A stretch of 64,000 nucleotides of DNA from a bacterium BMS3Abin06 (GTDB taxonomy: Bacteria > Nitrospirota > Thermodesulfovibrionia > UBA6902), in assembly GCA_002897895.1 (NCBI GenBank), contig BDSY01000037.1, forward strand, positions 7,306-71,305, in the 5' to 3' direction. This document shows, piece after piece, positions 29,572 through 38,515 of the stretch; positions within the stretch are counted from its first letter, which is position 1, and each line of letters begins with the position of its first letter. The notes below the pieces were generated by a model. The model saw only the letters and a list, made by a program, of their open reading frames with translations, had not been told where the DNA came from and ran no database searches. The position numbers were made by a program, and so were the translations under genes.

Positions 29572-30150
29572 ATGACAAAATCCATCAGGGGAACAAAAAC
29601 CGAACAAAACCTTTTAAAGGCATTTGCCGGCGAGTCACAGGCGCGAAACAGGTATACCTATTCTGCGAGTGCTGCAAAAAAGGAAGGATATGAACAGATT
29701 GCAGCCTTTTTTCTTGAGACAGCGGAAAACGAAAAAGAACATGCAAAGGTTTTCTTTAAATATCTTGAAGGCGGGGATCTGGAAATCACAGCAGCTTATC
29801 CGGCCGGCATAACCGGAAGCACAAAGGAAAATCTGGACCACGCTGCTGCCGGTGAAAACCTTGAATGGACAACCCTCTATGCTGATTTTGAAAAAACCGC
29901 AAGGGATGAAGGTTTTCCGGAAATCGCAGAATCCTTCAAACAAATCGCCAGGGTTGAAAAATTTCACGAGTCAAGATACAGAAAACTGTCATCTAATATT
30001 CAGGACGGAACAGTTTTCAAAAAAGAGGCAGGCACAAAGTGGCACTGCAGAAACTGCGGTTATGTCCATGAAGGCATCAAGGCTCCGGACATGTGCCCTG
30101 CATGCAAACACCCTCAGGCTTATTACGAGGTGTTGGCAGATAATTATTAA
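29572..30150 (+). CDS. rbr: rubrerythrin
   Basis: N-terminal ferritin-like diiron domain with repeated E..EH pairs. C-terminal rubredoxin domain CRNCGY...CPACKHP. Confidence 0.9.
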   Translation: MTKSIRGTKTEQNLLKAFAGESQARNRYTYSASAAKKEGYEQIAAFFLETAENEKEHAKVFFKYLEGGDLEITAAYPAGITGSTKENLDHAAAGENLEWTTLYADFEKTARDEGFPEIAESFKQIARVEKFHESRYRKLSSNIQDGTVFKKEAGTKWHCRNCGYVHEGIKAPDMCPACKHPQAYYEVLADNY

Positions 30151-30157
30151 AAGCGTT

Positions 30158-30264
30158 CACAGGGTGCAGGGAGCAGTTGTCAGGGGGCAGAATGAAATTT
30201 AAAAGATTTAGATGTGTGGAAAAGCCATGCTGGTTGGTTTTTGCTGCACCCTGCACCCTGACAA
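30158..30264. repeat. dispersed repeat family B (CAGGGTG core), copy 1
   Basis: cagggtgcagggagcagttgtcagggggcagaatgaaa...ctgcaccctgcaccctgaca. Its reverse complement recurs at 48662..48792. Confidence 0.75.
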
Positions 30265-30275
30265 AGGAGAGTTAT

Positions 30276-30533
30276 TTATGAAATTTCCTCACCGGGTCTC
30301 TCCTGCTTGAAGAGTTCATTCAGGACTGTTTCTATTTGTTTGGGAGTCATCCACCCTTTTTCTAAAAAAATTCTTCCTATGAGTCTGTGGGGTTTGTTGG
30401 CAAGGTTATCATCCAACTGTTCAGCTAATGCCTCTTTTGCCTGTTCAACCGTTATAAATCCCTTTTCAACCGAGATCATGCCGAAACGGGGGCAGTACTT
30501 CTTTGATAGTTCTTTGTCAATATCATTTACCAT
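30276..30533 (-). CDS. hypothetical small protein
   Basis: 85 aa ORF with a plausible compositional profile. No family assigned. Confidence 0.3.
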   Translation of the reverse strand: MVNDIDKELSKKYCPRFGMISVEKGFITVEQAKEALAEQLDDNLANKPHRLIGRIFLEKGWMTPKQIETVLNELFKQERPGEEIS

Positions 30534-30585
30534 TTTACTTTCCTCCCAGGCAGTATAGAATCATTATGGAAAAATATACCATAAA

Positions 30586-31650
30586 TTACCCTGCCGGTAA
30601 AGCTCCGACCAATTCATAATCCAGGCTTCCCAACCCTATTTCCCAGGCATATTTAAACTGATGCAGATGGGTAGTGATTTTACCTCCCCTTGCAAATTTA
30701 TCTTTTGTCTCCGACAAGAGATCATAGCAGGCCTTATCTACAGCCAGGATATCTCCGGAAGCAAAAATCCCTTTGTCCCCGATTATCACGGGATCATCCC
30801 CTGAGATACAGTCACATTCTTCAGTAATATCAAATGCCACATTGATAAAAACCTTTCTCTTTATTTGCGAAAGAATGCCGCAGGCATACTCAGCCATTCG
30901 CTCGGCAAAAATATTTGTATCTTCCTGCCAGTTAATCTTGACGGCATTAAACTTGCAACATGCAATACACTCGCCGCATCCGATGCAGATTCCTGAATTA
31001 ATGAATGCCTTCCGGCCGTGTTCCGATATTGCAGAGACAGGACATGTTTCAATACAGCATCCGCAGAGAGTACAGTTTGCAGCATTGATAGCCGGCTTAA
31101 GCGAGGAATGCTGAACCTGCTTCCCTGCGCGGGAAGCCATACCCATAGCCACATTCTTGATAGATCCCGCATAGCCTGACATGATATGCCCTGTAATATG
31201 GGATAAGACTATTAAATCATCCAGAACTTTTACAAGAGAGGGCACCCTGATCTCCCTGATATTTTTAAAATCCACTTTTATCGTCCGGGAGTCGGTTCCA
31301 AATACGCTGTCGGCAATAATATAAGGACACCCGATATTGCCCGGCGTAAAGCCCTTGCGGTATGCAAGATTTAAATGATCTACCGCATTTTGCCTCCGGC
31401 CTTTGTAAATCACGTTTGTATCAAAAACAAAGGGCTTGACACCGCGCCTTTTGAGATTATTCACTAAAATCTTCACTAATTCGGGCTTAATATAACCCGT
31501 GCTTTTTTCGTCTCCCACAGTCATCTTGATACCCACAAAAGCGCCTTTGCGAAATTGGGAGAGTAAGGGGTCGATTTCCCTTAAAGACTTCTTCAAACAT
31601 TCAGTCTGTCTTCCTTCATTTATACTTCTGAAAAAAACCTCTGATTTCAT
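30586..31650 (-). CDS. DUF362 domain Fe-S protein with 2x[4Fe-4S] ferredoxin insert
   Basis: CTLCGCCIETCP and CIGCGECIACC motifs within the DUF362 architecture. Confidence 0.7.
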   Translation of the reverse strand: MKSEVFFRSINEGRQTECLKKSLREIDPLLSQFRKGAFVGIKMTVGDEKSTGYIKPELVKILVNNLKRRGVKPFVFDTNVIYKGRRQNAVDHLNLAYRKGFTPGNIGCPYIIADSVFGTDSRTIKVDFKNIREIRVPSLVKVLDDLIVLSHITGHIMSGYAGSIKNVAMGMASRAGKQVQHSSLKPAINAANCTLCGCCIETCPVSAISEHGRKAFINSGICIGCGECIACCKFNAVKINWQEDTNIFAERMAEYACGILSQIKRKVFINVAFDITEECDCISGDDPVIIGDKGIFASGDILAVDKACYDLLSETKDKFARGGKITTHLHQFKYAWEIGLGSLDYELVGALPAG

Positions 31651-31677
31651 TCAGACACCTCTTTATTTAACTGCTCA

Positions 31678-31786
31678 GGCGCAAAGTGGCAAAGGCACAC
31701 AGGCACAAAGTTTAAAAGAAACATAAGAAAAGTCCCTGTCCTTTTCTTTCACTTTGTGCCTTTGCCACTTTGCGCCTTTGTGCCTG
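31678..31786. repeat. long palindrome (family C, GGCACAA/AAGGCAC heptamers) in a divergent promoter region
   Basis: Arm ggcgcaaagtggcaaaggcacacaggcacaaagt and its reverse complement flank a roughly 40 nt loop. A related single arm lies at 29407..29435, upstream of rbr. Confidence 0.7.
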
Positions 31787-31877
31787 CCTCATACTATACA
31801 ATTATATATGAAATAAGATTAAAGTGTGCCGTATTCCTTACCCATTGCCTTAACCTCTTATTTCTGATACGATACCT

Positions 31878-32663
31878 TTGTTCCTGAAAGAAACTTTTTA
31901 TCCGGAGGATTTAAAAATGCCTGATCTTACCCTCGAAAAACTTAAGCCTGTTGCAGCAAAAAAGATAAAACCCTTCCTGGAAGAGATACTTGTCAAATAT
32001 CAGGAGAAAATACATTCTATCCATGTTACCGGCACTGCTGTCACGGATGATTTTAACGAAAAGATATCCGATGTAAATTCCATCTTCGTATTGAAAAAAA
32101 TGGATCTAAAGTTTCTTGAATTAATTGCGCCGCTTGGTAAAAAATACGGCAAACATAAGGTGGCCGCGCCGCTGATTATGACGCCTGATTATATAAAAAC
32201 ATCACTTGATGTATTCCCGATCGAATTCCTGAATTTCAGGCTCATCCATTTGACTGTATTCGGGGAGGATATTCTCGAAAACCTGGAGATTAACAGGATG
32301 GACCTGAGACACCAGTGTGAAAGGGAATTAAAGGCTAAACTCATCCAGCTGCGTCAGGGATACATATCCTCACAGGGCAACAGGAAAATATTGACTGAGG
32401 GATTTGTAAGTTCAATTGCAGGTTATATTCCTCTCTTCCGGGGGATTATTTCCCTGTTCGGCAAAGAACCGCCTGTAAGACAGAGCGAAGTCATAACAGC
32501 ATTATCTGAAGCAGTAAATACAGACACCGGGGTCTTTACGAAAATCCTTAAAGTAAAGCATGGAAAGATCAGTCTCTCGATTGAAGAGCTGAATACAATA
32601 TTTGAAGATTACTATACAGCTACCGAAAAGATAGGAAAGATAATAGATGAGATTAAAGAATAA
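31878..32663 (+). CDS. hypothetical protein
   Basis: 261 aa, no confident family. Confidence 0.35.
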   Translation: MFLKETFYPEDLKMPDLTLEKLKPVAAKKIKPFLEEILVKYQEKIHSIHVTGTAVTDDFNEKISDVNSIFVLKKMDLKFLELIAPLGKKYGKHKVAAPLIMTPDYIKTSLDVFPIEFLNFRLIHLTVFGEDILENLEINRMDLRHQCERELKAKLIQLRQGYISSQGNRKILTEGFVSSIAGYIPLFRGIISLFGKEPPVRQSEVITALSEAVNTDTGVFTKILKVKHGKISLSIEELNTIFEDYYTATEKIGKIIDEIKE

Positions 32664-33444
32664 ATCTTTTGTTTTATTTCTCCTTTTAATTTTCTGCTTT
32701 ATAGCATTCAGCGCTTCCGCTGAAATTGCGATTCCCGATAAACCATACAATCATGTAGTCGACCTTGCCGGGATTATAGACGCTAATGTTGAGGCAGGCC
32801 TCAACAGGTATCTGCTGGAGCTCGAACAAAAAACCACGGCCCAGATGGTCATCCTTACCATCAAAAGCCTGGAGGGCGATTCAATTCAGGACCTGTCAAT
32901 CAGGATAGCTAATGATAAGTGGAAGCTGGGACAAAAAGGCAAAGACAACGGCGTACTGCTGCTTGTCTCAATTCAGGACAGAAAATACAGGTTCGAGATA
33001 GGCTATGGTTTAGAGGGCATTCTCCCTGACAGTCTCGTTGGAAGCATCGGAAGACAATATCTTGTGCCCTATTTCAAAAAAGGCGACTACTCTAAAGGAA
33101 TAACAGCAGCTACATTAGTTGTTATAAACAAAATTGCCGCTGAGTCCGGAGTAGAAATATCCGGGATGCCGAAGTTGGGAACCCGTTCCGCTTATCCTTA
33201 TAATAGAACGAAGCGCAGAAAACCGACCCTGCTCGGCACTGTTTTTACTATACTCTTCTTTGTCGGGCTGATTTACCTGTTTATTAAGCATCCCCGCCTC
33301 TTATTGTTTTTATTGATGATGAACATGCTGGGCGGCGGCAGAAGAAGCGGCTGGGGCAGTGGCGGAGGCTTCGGCGGGGGCGGCAGTTTCGGGGGCGGTG
33401 GCGGAGGAGGCTTCGGCGGGGGCGGCGCTGGTGGAGGATGGTGA
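32647..33444 (+). CDS. TPM-domain (YgcG-like) protein with Gly-rich C-terminus
   Basis: Signal peptide, LTIKSLEGDSIQDLSIRIANDKWKLGQKGKDNGVLLLVS TPM signature, a transmembrane segment, and a (GGGF)n tail. Confidence 0.7.
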   Translation: MRLKNKSFVLFLLLIFCFIAFSASAEIAIPDKPYNHVVDLAGIIDANVEAGLNRYLLELEQKTTAQMVILTIKSLEGDSIQDLSIRIANDKWKLGQKGKDNGVLLLVSIQDRKYRFEIGYGLEGILPDSLVGSIGRQYLVPYFKKGDYSKGITAATLVVINKIAAESGVEISGMPKLGTRSAYPYNRTKRRKPTLLGTVFTILFFVGLIYLFIKHPRLLLFLLMMNMLGGGRRSGWGSGGGFGGGGSFGGGGGGGFGGGGAGGGW

Positions 33445-33537
33445 AAAAGCAGCAATCAGCCGTCAGCTTTCAGCGATCAGCATTAATTTAATTGTTTTAC
33501 GATTAACTTATAACGATCTTTAAGAGGAGGAAATTTC

Positions 33538-34113
33538 ATGTCAAAAGGTTTAAAAATCGCTCTGATAGTCGTTGGAATTATTCTGCTGATCGGCTTTATG
33601 ACTTTCAGCTGGTTTCGCAGCGGATATGACAGGGTTATTGCAATGGACGAGAATGTTAAGGCCAGTTGGGCGCAGGTGGAAAACCAGTTAAAGAGAAGGT
33701 ACGATCTGATACCGAATCTCGTTGAAACCGTTAAAGGATATGCCGGACACGAAAAAGAACTTTTTGAAAACATAGCTAATGCAAGAACACAATATTTCCA
33801 GGCAAAATCACCGAAAGATAAAATACAGGCATCCAACCGGCTTGAAGGGTTCCTGTCGAGACTGCTTGTGTTACGGGAGGCATATCCCCAGCTTAAGGCA
33901 AATGAATCATTCCTGAAACTCCAGGACAGTCTTGAGGGAACGGAGAACAGGATTGCAGTGGAAAGAAAGAGATACAATGAAGCCGTCCAGTTATTGAATA
34001 CATACATAAGAACCTTCTTCGGCAGATTCTTTGCCACACTTGCAGGTGTATCAAGCGCTGAATACTATGAAATCCCGGAGGCTGAAAAAGAAGCTCCGAA
34101 GGTGAAGTTTTAG
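33538..34113 (+). CDS. lemA: LemA family protein
   Basis: N-terminal transmembrane segment. WAQVENQLKRRYDLIPNLVETVKGYAGHEKELFE is a LemA signature. Paired with the TPM gene, as is common. Confidence 0.8.
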   Translation: MSKGLKIALIVVGIILLIGFMTFSWFRSGYDRVIAMDENVKASWAQVENQLKRRYDLIPNLVETVKGYAGHEKELFENIANARTQYFQAKSPKDKIQASNRLEGFLSRLLVLREAYPQLKANESFLKLQDSLEGTENRIAVERKRYNEAVQLLNTYIRTFFGRFFATLAGVSSAEYYEIPEAEKEAPKVKF

Positions 34114-34589
34114 GTTGAATCAAGGATTGCATGGAATGGCCACATTGAGCCTGACCGGCTGCTTATTTACCGCATAGAAGGAAGCGGGCTTTGTCTTGTA
34201 AGAACAGGGACTCATTCCGACCTGTATTGATTAGCCGGCAGGTGGCGGATCTATCTACTAAAGTGGAATAATTGATTGAATAACTCCCCCTACCCCTCTT
34301 ATCCTGAGAGGTGAGGTATGGTTTCCCCATTGGGTTAAGGGGGATTAAGGGGGGTTACTTCAATAACCCTAAACCACTGAACCCTGAACCCTCTTTTCCC
34401 CAGCTATTGTCAAATCGGACTTTTAGTAGTAGAATAACGGACATACATGGTTGGGCAGCAGGAATTTGTTTCAGGGAAAGACAGGGCCGGGCTTCAGCCC
34501 TGTGCATCATGATCAATTCCCTGAAGGGCTTTTCCAGCCAGCACTAAATCATAGCCTCAACCTCAAAGATTGAAAAAAATTAAAAGAAG

Positions 34590-35249
34590 ATGATTAAAGA
34601 AATGGAAAAAAAGATAATATCCCGGCATATATTTATGTTTCCTTTCAGGATTAGACTTAAAAATGGAAATAAAGATCGGTCCCCTGATATTAGAGATGTG
34701 CACAGGGCGTTTTCCAAGGCTGGATGGCGTTGTAAAACCTTTGAAGATGAATTTAATCCGGCGAAGTATAGCGAATATTTTTATTTTCATCAATATGTCC
34801 GTGATGCAATATTCGGACAGAACTGTGCCGAAGATTCAGATGATGTCGTCTCTTATTATTTAGATCGGGATGTTACGCGGGACGCATCAATGACAATTCA
34901 TGTCAGAAGCAAAGATGAGCCTCAAAAATTCATGATGAATATAGCACATCTGTCCATCAGACTTTTTGAGACGGGGATCGGTATTTCTACAATAGAATTA
35001 ATGAATTACCATTATCCTGAAATGCATGACATCCACTTGATAAACGACTTTGGCAGAAGGATATATCCGCAGTTTTTGCCTGATGATGAAAAAATTGATG
35101 TGGTAAAGGACAAATTTCTTGCTGACAGGATAGAGTTCAAGTGTGGAGATATTGATTCTATAGAAAATTTTGAATATAAAGATTTCTTTAAAAAACTTAA
35201 GAGCACCGAGTTCTCTTTTAACAGGTTGATTCTAAAGAAAACGTCATGA
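34590..35249 (+). CDS. hypothetical protein; possibly the 5' half of a gene split by a MITE insertion
   Basis: 219 aa ORF that ends 9 bp before MITE copy 35259..35327. Confidence 0.35.
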   Translation: MIKEMEKKIISRHIFMFPFRIRLKNGNKDRSPDIRDVHRAFSKAGWRCKTFEDEFNPAKYSEYFYFHQYVRDAIFGQNCAEDSDDVVSYYLDRDVTRDASMTIHVRSKDEPQKFMMNIAHLSIRLFETGIGISTIELMNYHYPEMHDIHLINDFGRRIYPQFLPDDEKIDVVKDKFLADRIEFKCGDIDSIENFEYKDFFKKLKSTEFSFNRLILKKTS

Positions 35250-35258
35250 CCACGCAGT

Positions 35259-35327
35259 TGTCATTCCCGCTTGTCGGGAATCCGGGAAAATCAAAGGGTT
35301 ATAGATTCCGGGCAAGCCGGAATGACA
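35259..35327. repeat. hairpin MITE (family A)
   Basis: tgtcattcccgcttgtcgggaatc...gattccgggcaagccggaatgaca. Confidence 0.7.
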
Positions 35328-35355
35328 GAACTCGCTACTGTCGAGTAAAAAAGAT

Positions 35356-35973
35356 ATGATAGTTGCAGACTACATTAATAAATTACTTGGAAAAGAGTTC
35401 ACAAAAAGATTTAGCCCAATCCCGGTTATAGATGACAGGATGTTTGTTGTCTGCTGGTTTGGCAGTGATTCCAGTAGCAACAGGCTGAAAGAAAAGAAGA
35501 AAACAGATGGCGCCGAAGAGATGGCATATAACTCTTCTAATGAATGGTATAAATTTATATTTGTTGATGGAAAAGACATTGGCTGTGCAAGTGAGCGGAT
35601 GAAGAGAGAGTTGATAAAAAGCCATACATATGACAGATGGGTTGAATCCGGGACATTCTTCGGGATCACAAGATACAGCCTGATGTGCATAACCAACGCA
35701 ATAAACCCTGAAAACTCCTTTCCTGAAATCCTTAGAAGACATATGGAGAGGATGTACTACCAGATAGCAATTATACTGTTTGCACAAAGGGCGTCAATAT
35801 TAAAGTTTTCGGATGATGTGGCATCCTTAAGCAGCAGGATAAGGGCGTTTATTCAGAAAAATGAAAGTGGCAAAAATAAAAAAACAGAAGATTTTGAGAA
35901 CATCGCACAAGATGTAAAAGAACTGCATGCCTCCTATATTCGTTTTGTCAACAGGTATGGTTTACTGAGGTAA
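35356..35973 (+). CDS. hypothetical protein; possibly the 3' half of the MITE-split gene
   Basis: 205 aa ORF that starts 29 bp after the MITE. Confidence 0.35.
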   Translation: MIVADYINKLLGKEFTKRFSPIPVIDDRMFVVCWFGSDSSSNRLKEKKKTDGAEEMAYNSSNEWYKFIFVDGKDIGCASERMKRELIKSHTYDRWVESGTFFGITRYSLMCITNAINPENSFPEILRRHMERMYYQIAIILFAQRASILKFSDDVASLSSRIRAFIQKNESGKNKKTEDFENIAQDVKELHASYIRFVNRYGLLR

Positions 35974-35992
35974 CACCCCAGGAGCAGGGCAA

Positions 35993-36618
35993 TTGAAATG
36001 TATGACATGGCTCTGGAGAGCCATACCCGGTACAGAGTCTTTTTCTCTCACAACAATCTATCCCGGCCTGATTACAGGCTCCGGTTACAATCATCCTGCA
36101 GGTGAAAGAGAGTCGGACAGTTCATCTGACTTTCAGATGGGATTCTACTTTGACCATACCACCGGTATGCCTGTTATCCCCGGTTCAACAGTAAAAGGTA
36201 TTTTAAAGAGCGTATTTCCTAAAAATGAAGACAAGGAGATAATTCAGGAAAAGATAAAATATATAAACGGCTTACTTGACAATAAGTTTGAAATTACAAT
36301 TGACAATTGGCAGAACCTCTTTGAAAAAGGCAACATCTTCTACGATGCATTTATATCTTCCGTGCCACAGGACGGCAGGATTTTCGCCGAGGACTATATA
36401 ACACCCCACAAAAATATATTAAAAATCCCATACCTATCCGTTTTCTGAAGATTGCCCCCGGCGTTGCCTTTACATTCCAGTTCAGACTGAAAGATTCCGT
36501 GCTCTATAACGAGCTGAAAATATCGGTCAGTGAGAAAAAAGAGCTTTTCAAACGGATATTGCTTGATTTCGGTATCGGAGCAAAAAGGAATGTGGGGTAT
36601 GGTAATTTTATAGAGTGA
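35993..36618 (+). pseudogene. type III CRISPR RAMP protein (Cmr6/Cas7-like), frameshifted
   Basis: N-terminus has FSLTTIYPGLITGSGY and IPGSTVKGILKS, the RAMP G-loop that matches the IPGSS(L/I)KG hallmark. After a -1 shift in the A5 run at 36421..36425 the frame continues as NPIPIRFLKIAPGVAFTFQFRL...DFGIGAKRNVGYGNFIE, a C-terminal Gly-rich loop. Confidence 0.6.
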
Positions 36619-36828
36619 AAGGCACGGAAATTAATATACCGCAGTCCTGTTGCCGGGGATGTGGTGATTTTTGATCACAGTCCCTATTGAATATCCGGGA
36701 GGTTGTTATAAATCATACATTATCGGTTAATCATATTAAAATCCGCCTGACAAGTGAGAGGTGGGGTCATATTGTGGAAAACCATAATGAAATGGCAGGA
36801 TATTACTATTGTCATGTCAAGTATAAGA

Positions 36829-36897
36829 TGTCATTCCGGCTTGTCCGGAATCTTTCTTCATAAAGGATTCCCGACGCGCTTCGCTTGCGGGAATGAC
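36829..36897. repeat. hairpin MITE (family A)
   Basis: tgtcattccggcttgtccggaatc...gattcccgacgcgcttcgcttgcgggaatgac. Confidence 0.7.
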
Positions 36898-36971
36898 TAT
36901 TTAAACAACCCGTCAATTTACGGTTGACGTGACACTATGATGTTTTAGAAACTGTTGCTGATCCTGCATGA

Positions 36972-37135
36972 GTATTTGAAGGCGATGAAGATGAACTCTG
37001 GGCCGTGAAACTTATAACAAAAAGAAAAGCCTTGCTCGTAATTTACAAAGAATCAAAAAAACATAATGATGGCTTTATCATAACGGCATTTTTTACTGCG
37101 AAGATCAGGAAACTTTTAAAAAGGAGAATCATATG
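36972..37135 (+). pseudogene. 3' remnant of a DUF4258/BrnT-like toxin gene
   Basis: No start codon; the frame opens after a stop. It encodes ...EDELWAVKLITKRKALLVIYKESKKHNDGFIITAFFTAKIRKLL, resembling the C-terminal half of small RNase toxins. It sits directly upstream of the DUF2283 gene. Confidence 0.3.
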
Positions 37136-37375
37136 GCAACAGCCGCAACAACAATAAAGGAAATTTTTAAAGCGTTGCCTCATATCAGAAAAACAGGAGC
37201 GAAACACCTGTGGTTTGATTTTGACAAAGAAGCGGATGTTCTTTATGTAAGCCTGGAGAGACCCCAGAATGCAACTGATACGGATATCCTGGAAAAGGGT
37301 GTGTTCCTCAGATTACGGAACAGGAAAATAGTCGGAATAACAATAACTAATGTAAGCAAAAGATTCAAAGAATAA
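37133..37375 (+). CDS. DUF2283 family small protein, antitoxin-like partner of DUF4258 toxins
   Basis: 80 aa. LWFDFDKEADVLYVSL and the general DUF2283 pattern. Confidence 0.5.
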   Translation: MATAATTIKEIFKALPHIRKTGAKHLWFDFDKEADVLYVSLERPQNATDTDILEKGVFLRLRNRKIVGITITNVSKRFKE

Positions 37376-37744
37376 ATTCCCGGTTTACATGCCGGCATTT
37401 TCGGAATAATCGACCCAAAAGTCCTGCTGGTTTTCTTTCCCCTTGCGCTTCTTATCGGGATATTCGTTCAGATAATCCGGGAAGACAAGCCGATTACGGA
37501 GTCTTTTATGGAGGTAGCCTATGAAGACAGTAGCAGTAGCTAAATCCCTGGAAGAAGTCTGGATTTGGAAGGAGAGATGTTATGAGGAGTCAAAGGGACT
37601 GAGCGTTAAAGACTATTTGGGCAAAGTTCATAAAAATGCCGAACAGGCCTTAAAGGAGACCGGATTTATAGAGAAGGATGGCAAGCTGAAAAAAATAGAA
37701 TGACATATTTCAAAGACCACTTATCAGAACCTGTCATTCTGTCA

Positions 37745-38165
37745 AATATCCTTTCCCGGTGAGCTATCACGATTTGCGTACTTTTTGAAAAAACAGACAA
37801 ATCGCATAACCCATTGATAAATAAGCAAAACAGTGGACTTGAGGGGATTTGGAGGGAAAAACAGGTGTCAAAAAAAGTACGCAAATGCCGGATTGCAGGG
37901 GTTGCAAAAAGAGGTTTGCGTACTTTTCGTGATATGCACAGTTTTTGGGCAAAAAATATTGTTTAAAAACAGGGGGGTAGAGAGGCGGTTTTTGGACAAG
38001 TACGCAAATCCCCGGAAGTGAAGGGATGAGGAAAACGTTTGCGTACTTTTTGAAAGAAGGAAATGTAATATTTTCAGGGAGTTAGAGAAGATGAGAGTCC
38101 GGGAATGCAGTTTTTCAGGTATTCAGAAAGGGGGATTTGCGTACTTTTTGATGCAATCCGGGGAA
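37745..38165. repeat. array of six copies of a 16 bp motif (CAAAAAGTACGCAAAT) in alternating orientation
   Basis: Copies lie near 37753 (reverse), 37869 (forward), 37913 (reverse), 37995 (forward), 38037 (reverse) and 38143 (reverse). Spacings are irregular, 44 to 125 bp. Confidence 0.7.
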
Positions 38166-38403
38166 ATGTTGAAAATCAGGGGGTTGTCTGCGATAGTGAA
38201 ATTTTGCTTGACTAAGTCAGGGAAGAAAATGTATAAATATTACAGTGTTCTATGACCCGAACAGTTTGAAGGGGATTGAGACTTGTTAAAAAAAGGTTCC
38301 GGGTTTTGAACTGAAGGGTGAACAGATCAGATTTCAACTCCCAAACTCCCAAACTCTCCAACTCTGAACCCCGAACCCATTAACCTCACAACCTGAATCG
38401 TTT

Positions 38404-38458
38404 GAACCTTGAACCCTGAACCCTGAACCCTGAACCCTGAACCCTGAACCTTGAACCT
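38404..38458. repeat. tandem heptamer microsatellite (GAACCCT)x5 perfect, with degenerate flanking units
   Basis: gaaccttgaaccctgaaccctgaaccctgaaccctgaaccctgaaccttgaacc, about 60 bp upstream of the cas6 start. Confidence 0.85.
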
Positions 38459-38515
38459 GTCTTTTCACCCCCCTTGTCTTTTTAATCCCCTGCTGCTATT
38501 CTGTCATTTAAAACA

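Noticed and set aside
33273-33455. Minus-strand ORF encoding a poly-proline peptide (PPPPKPPPPPPP)
   Set aside because: It is the reverse complement of the GGC/GGG-rich Gly tail of the TPM-domain gene, so it is a translation artefact.
37745-38165. Possible CRISPR array between the RAMP remnant and cas6
   Set aside because: The repeat core is only about 16 bp. Copies alternate in orientation and are irregularly spaced. It is reported as an unusual motif array, not as a CRISPR feature.
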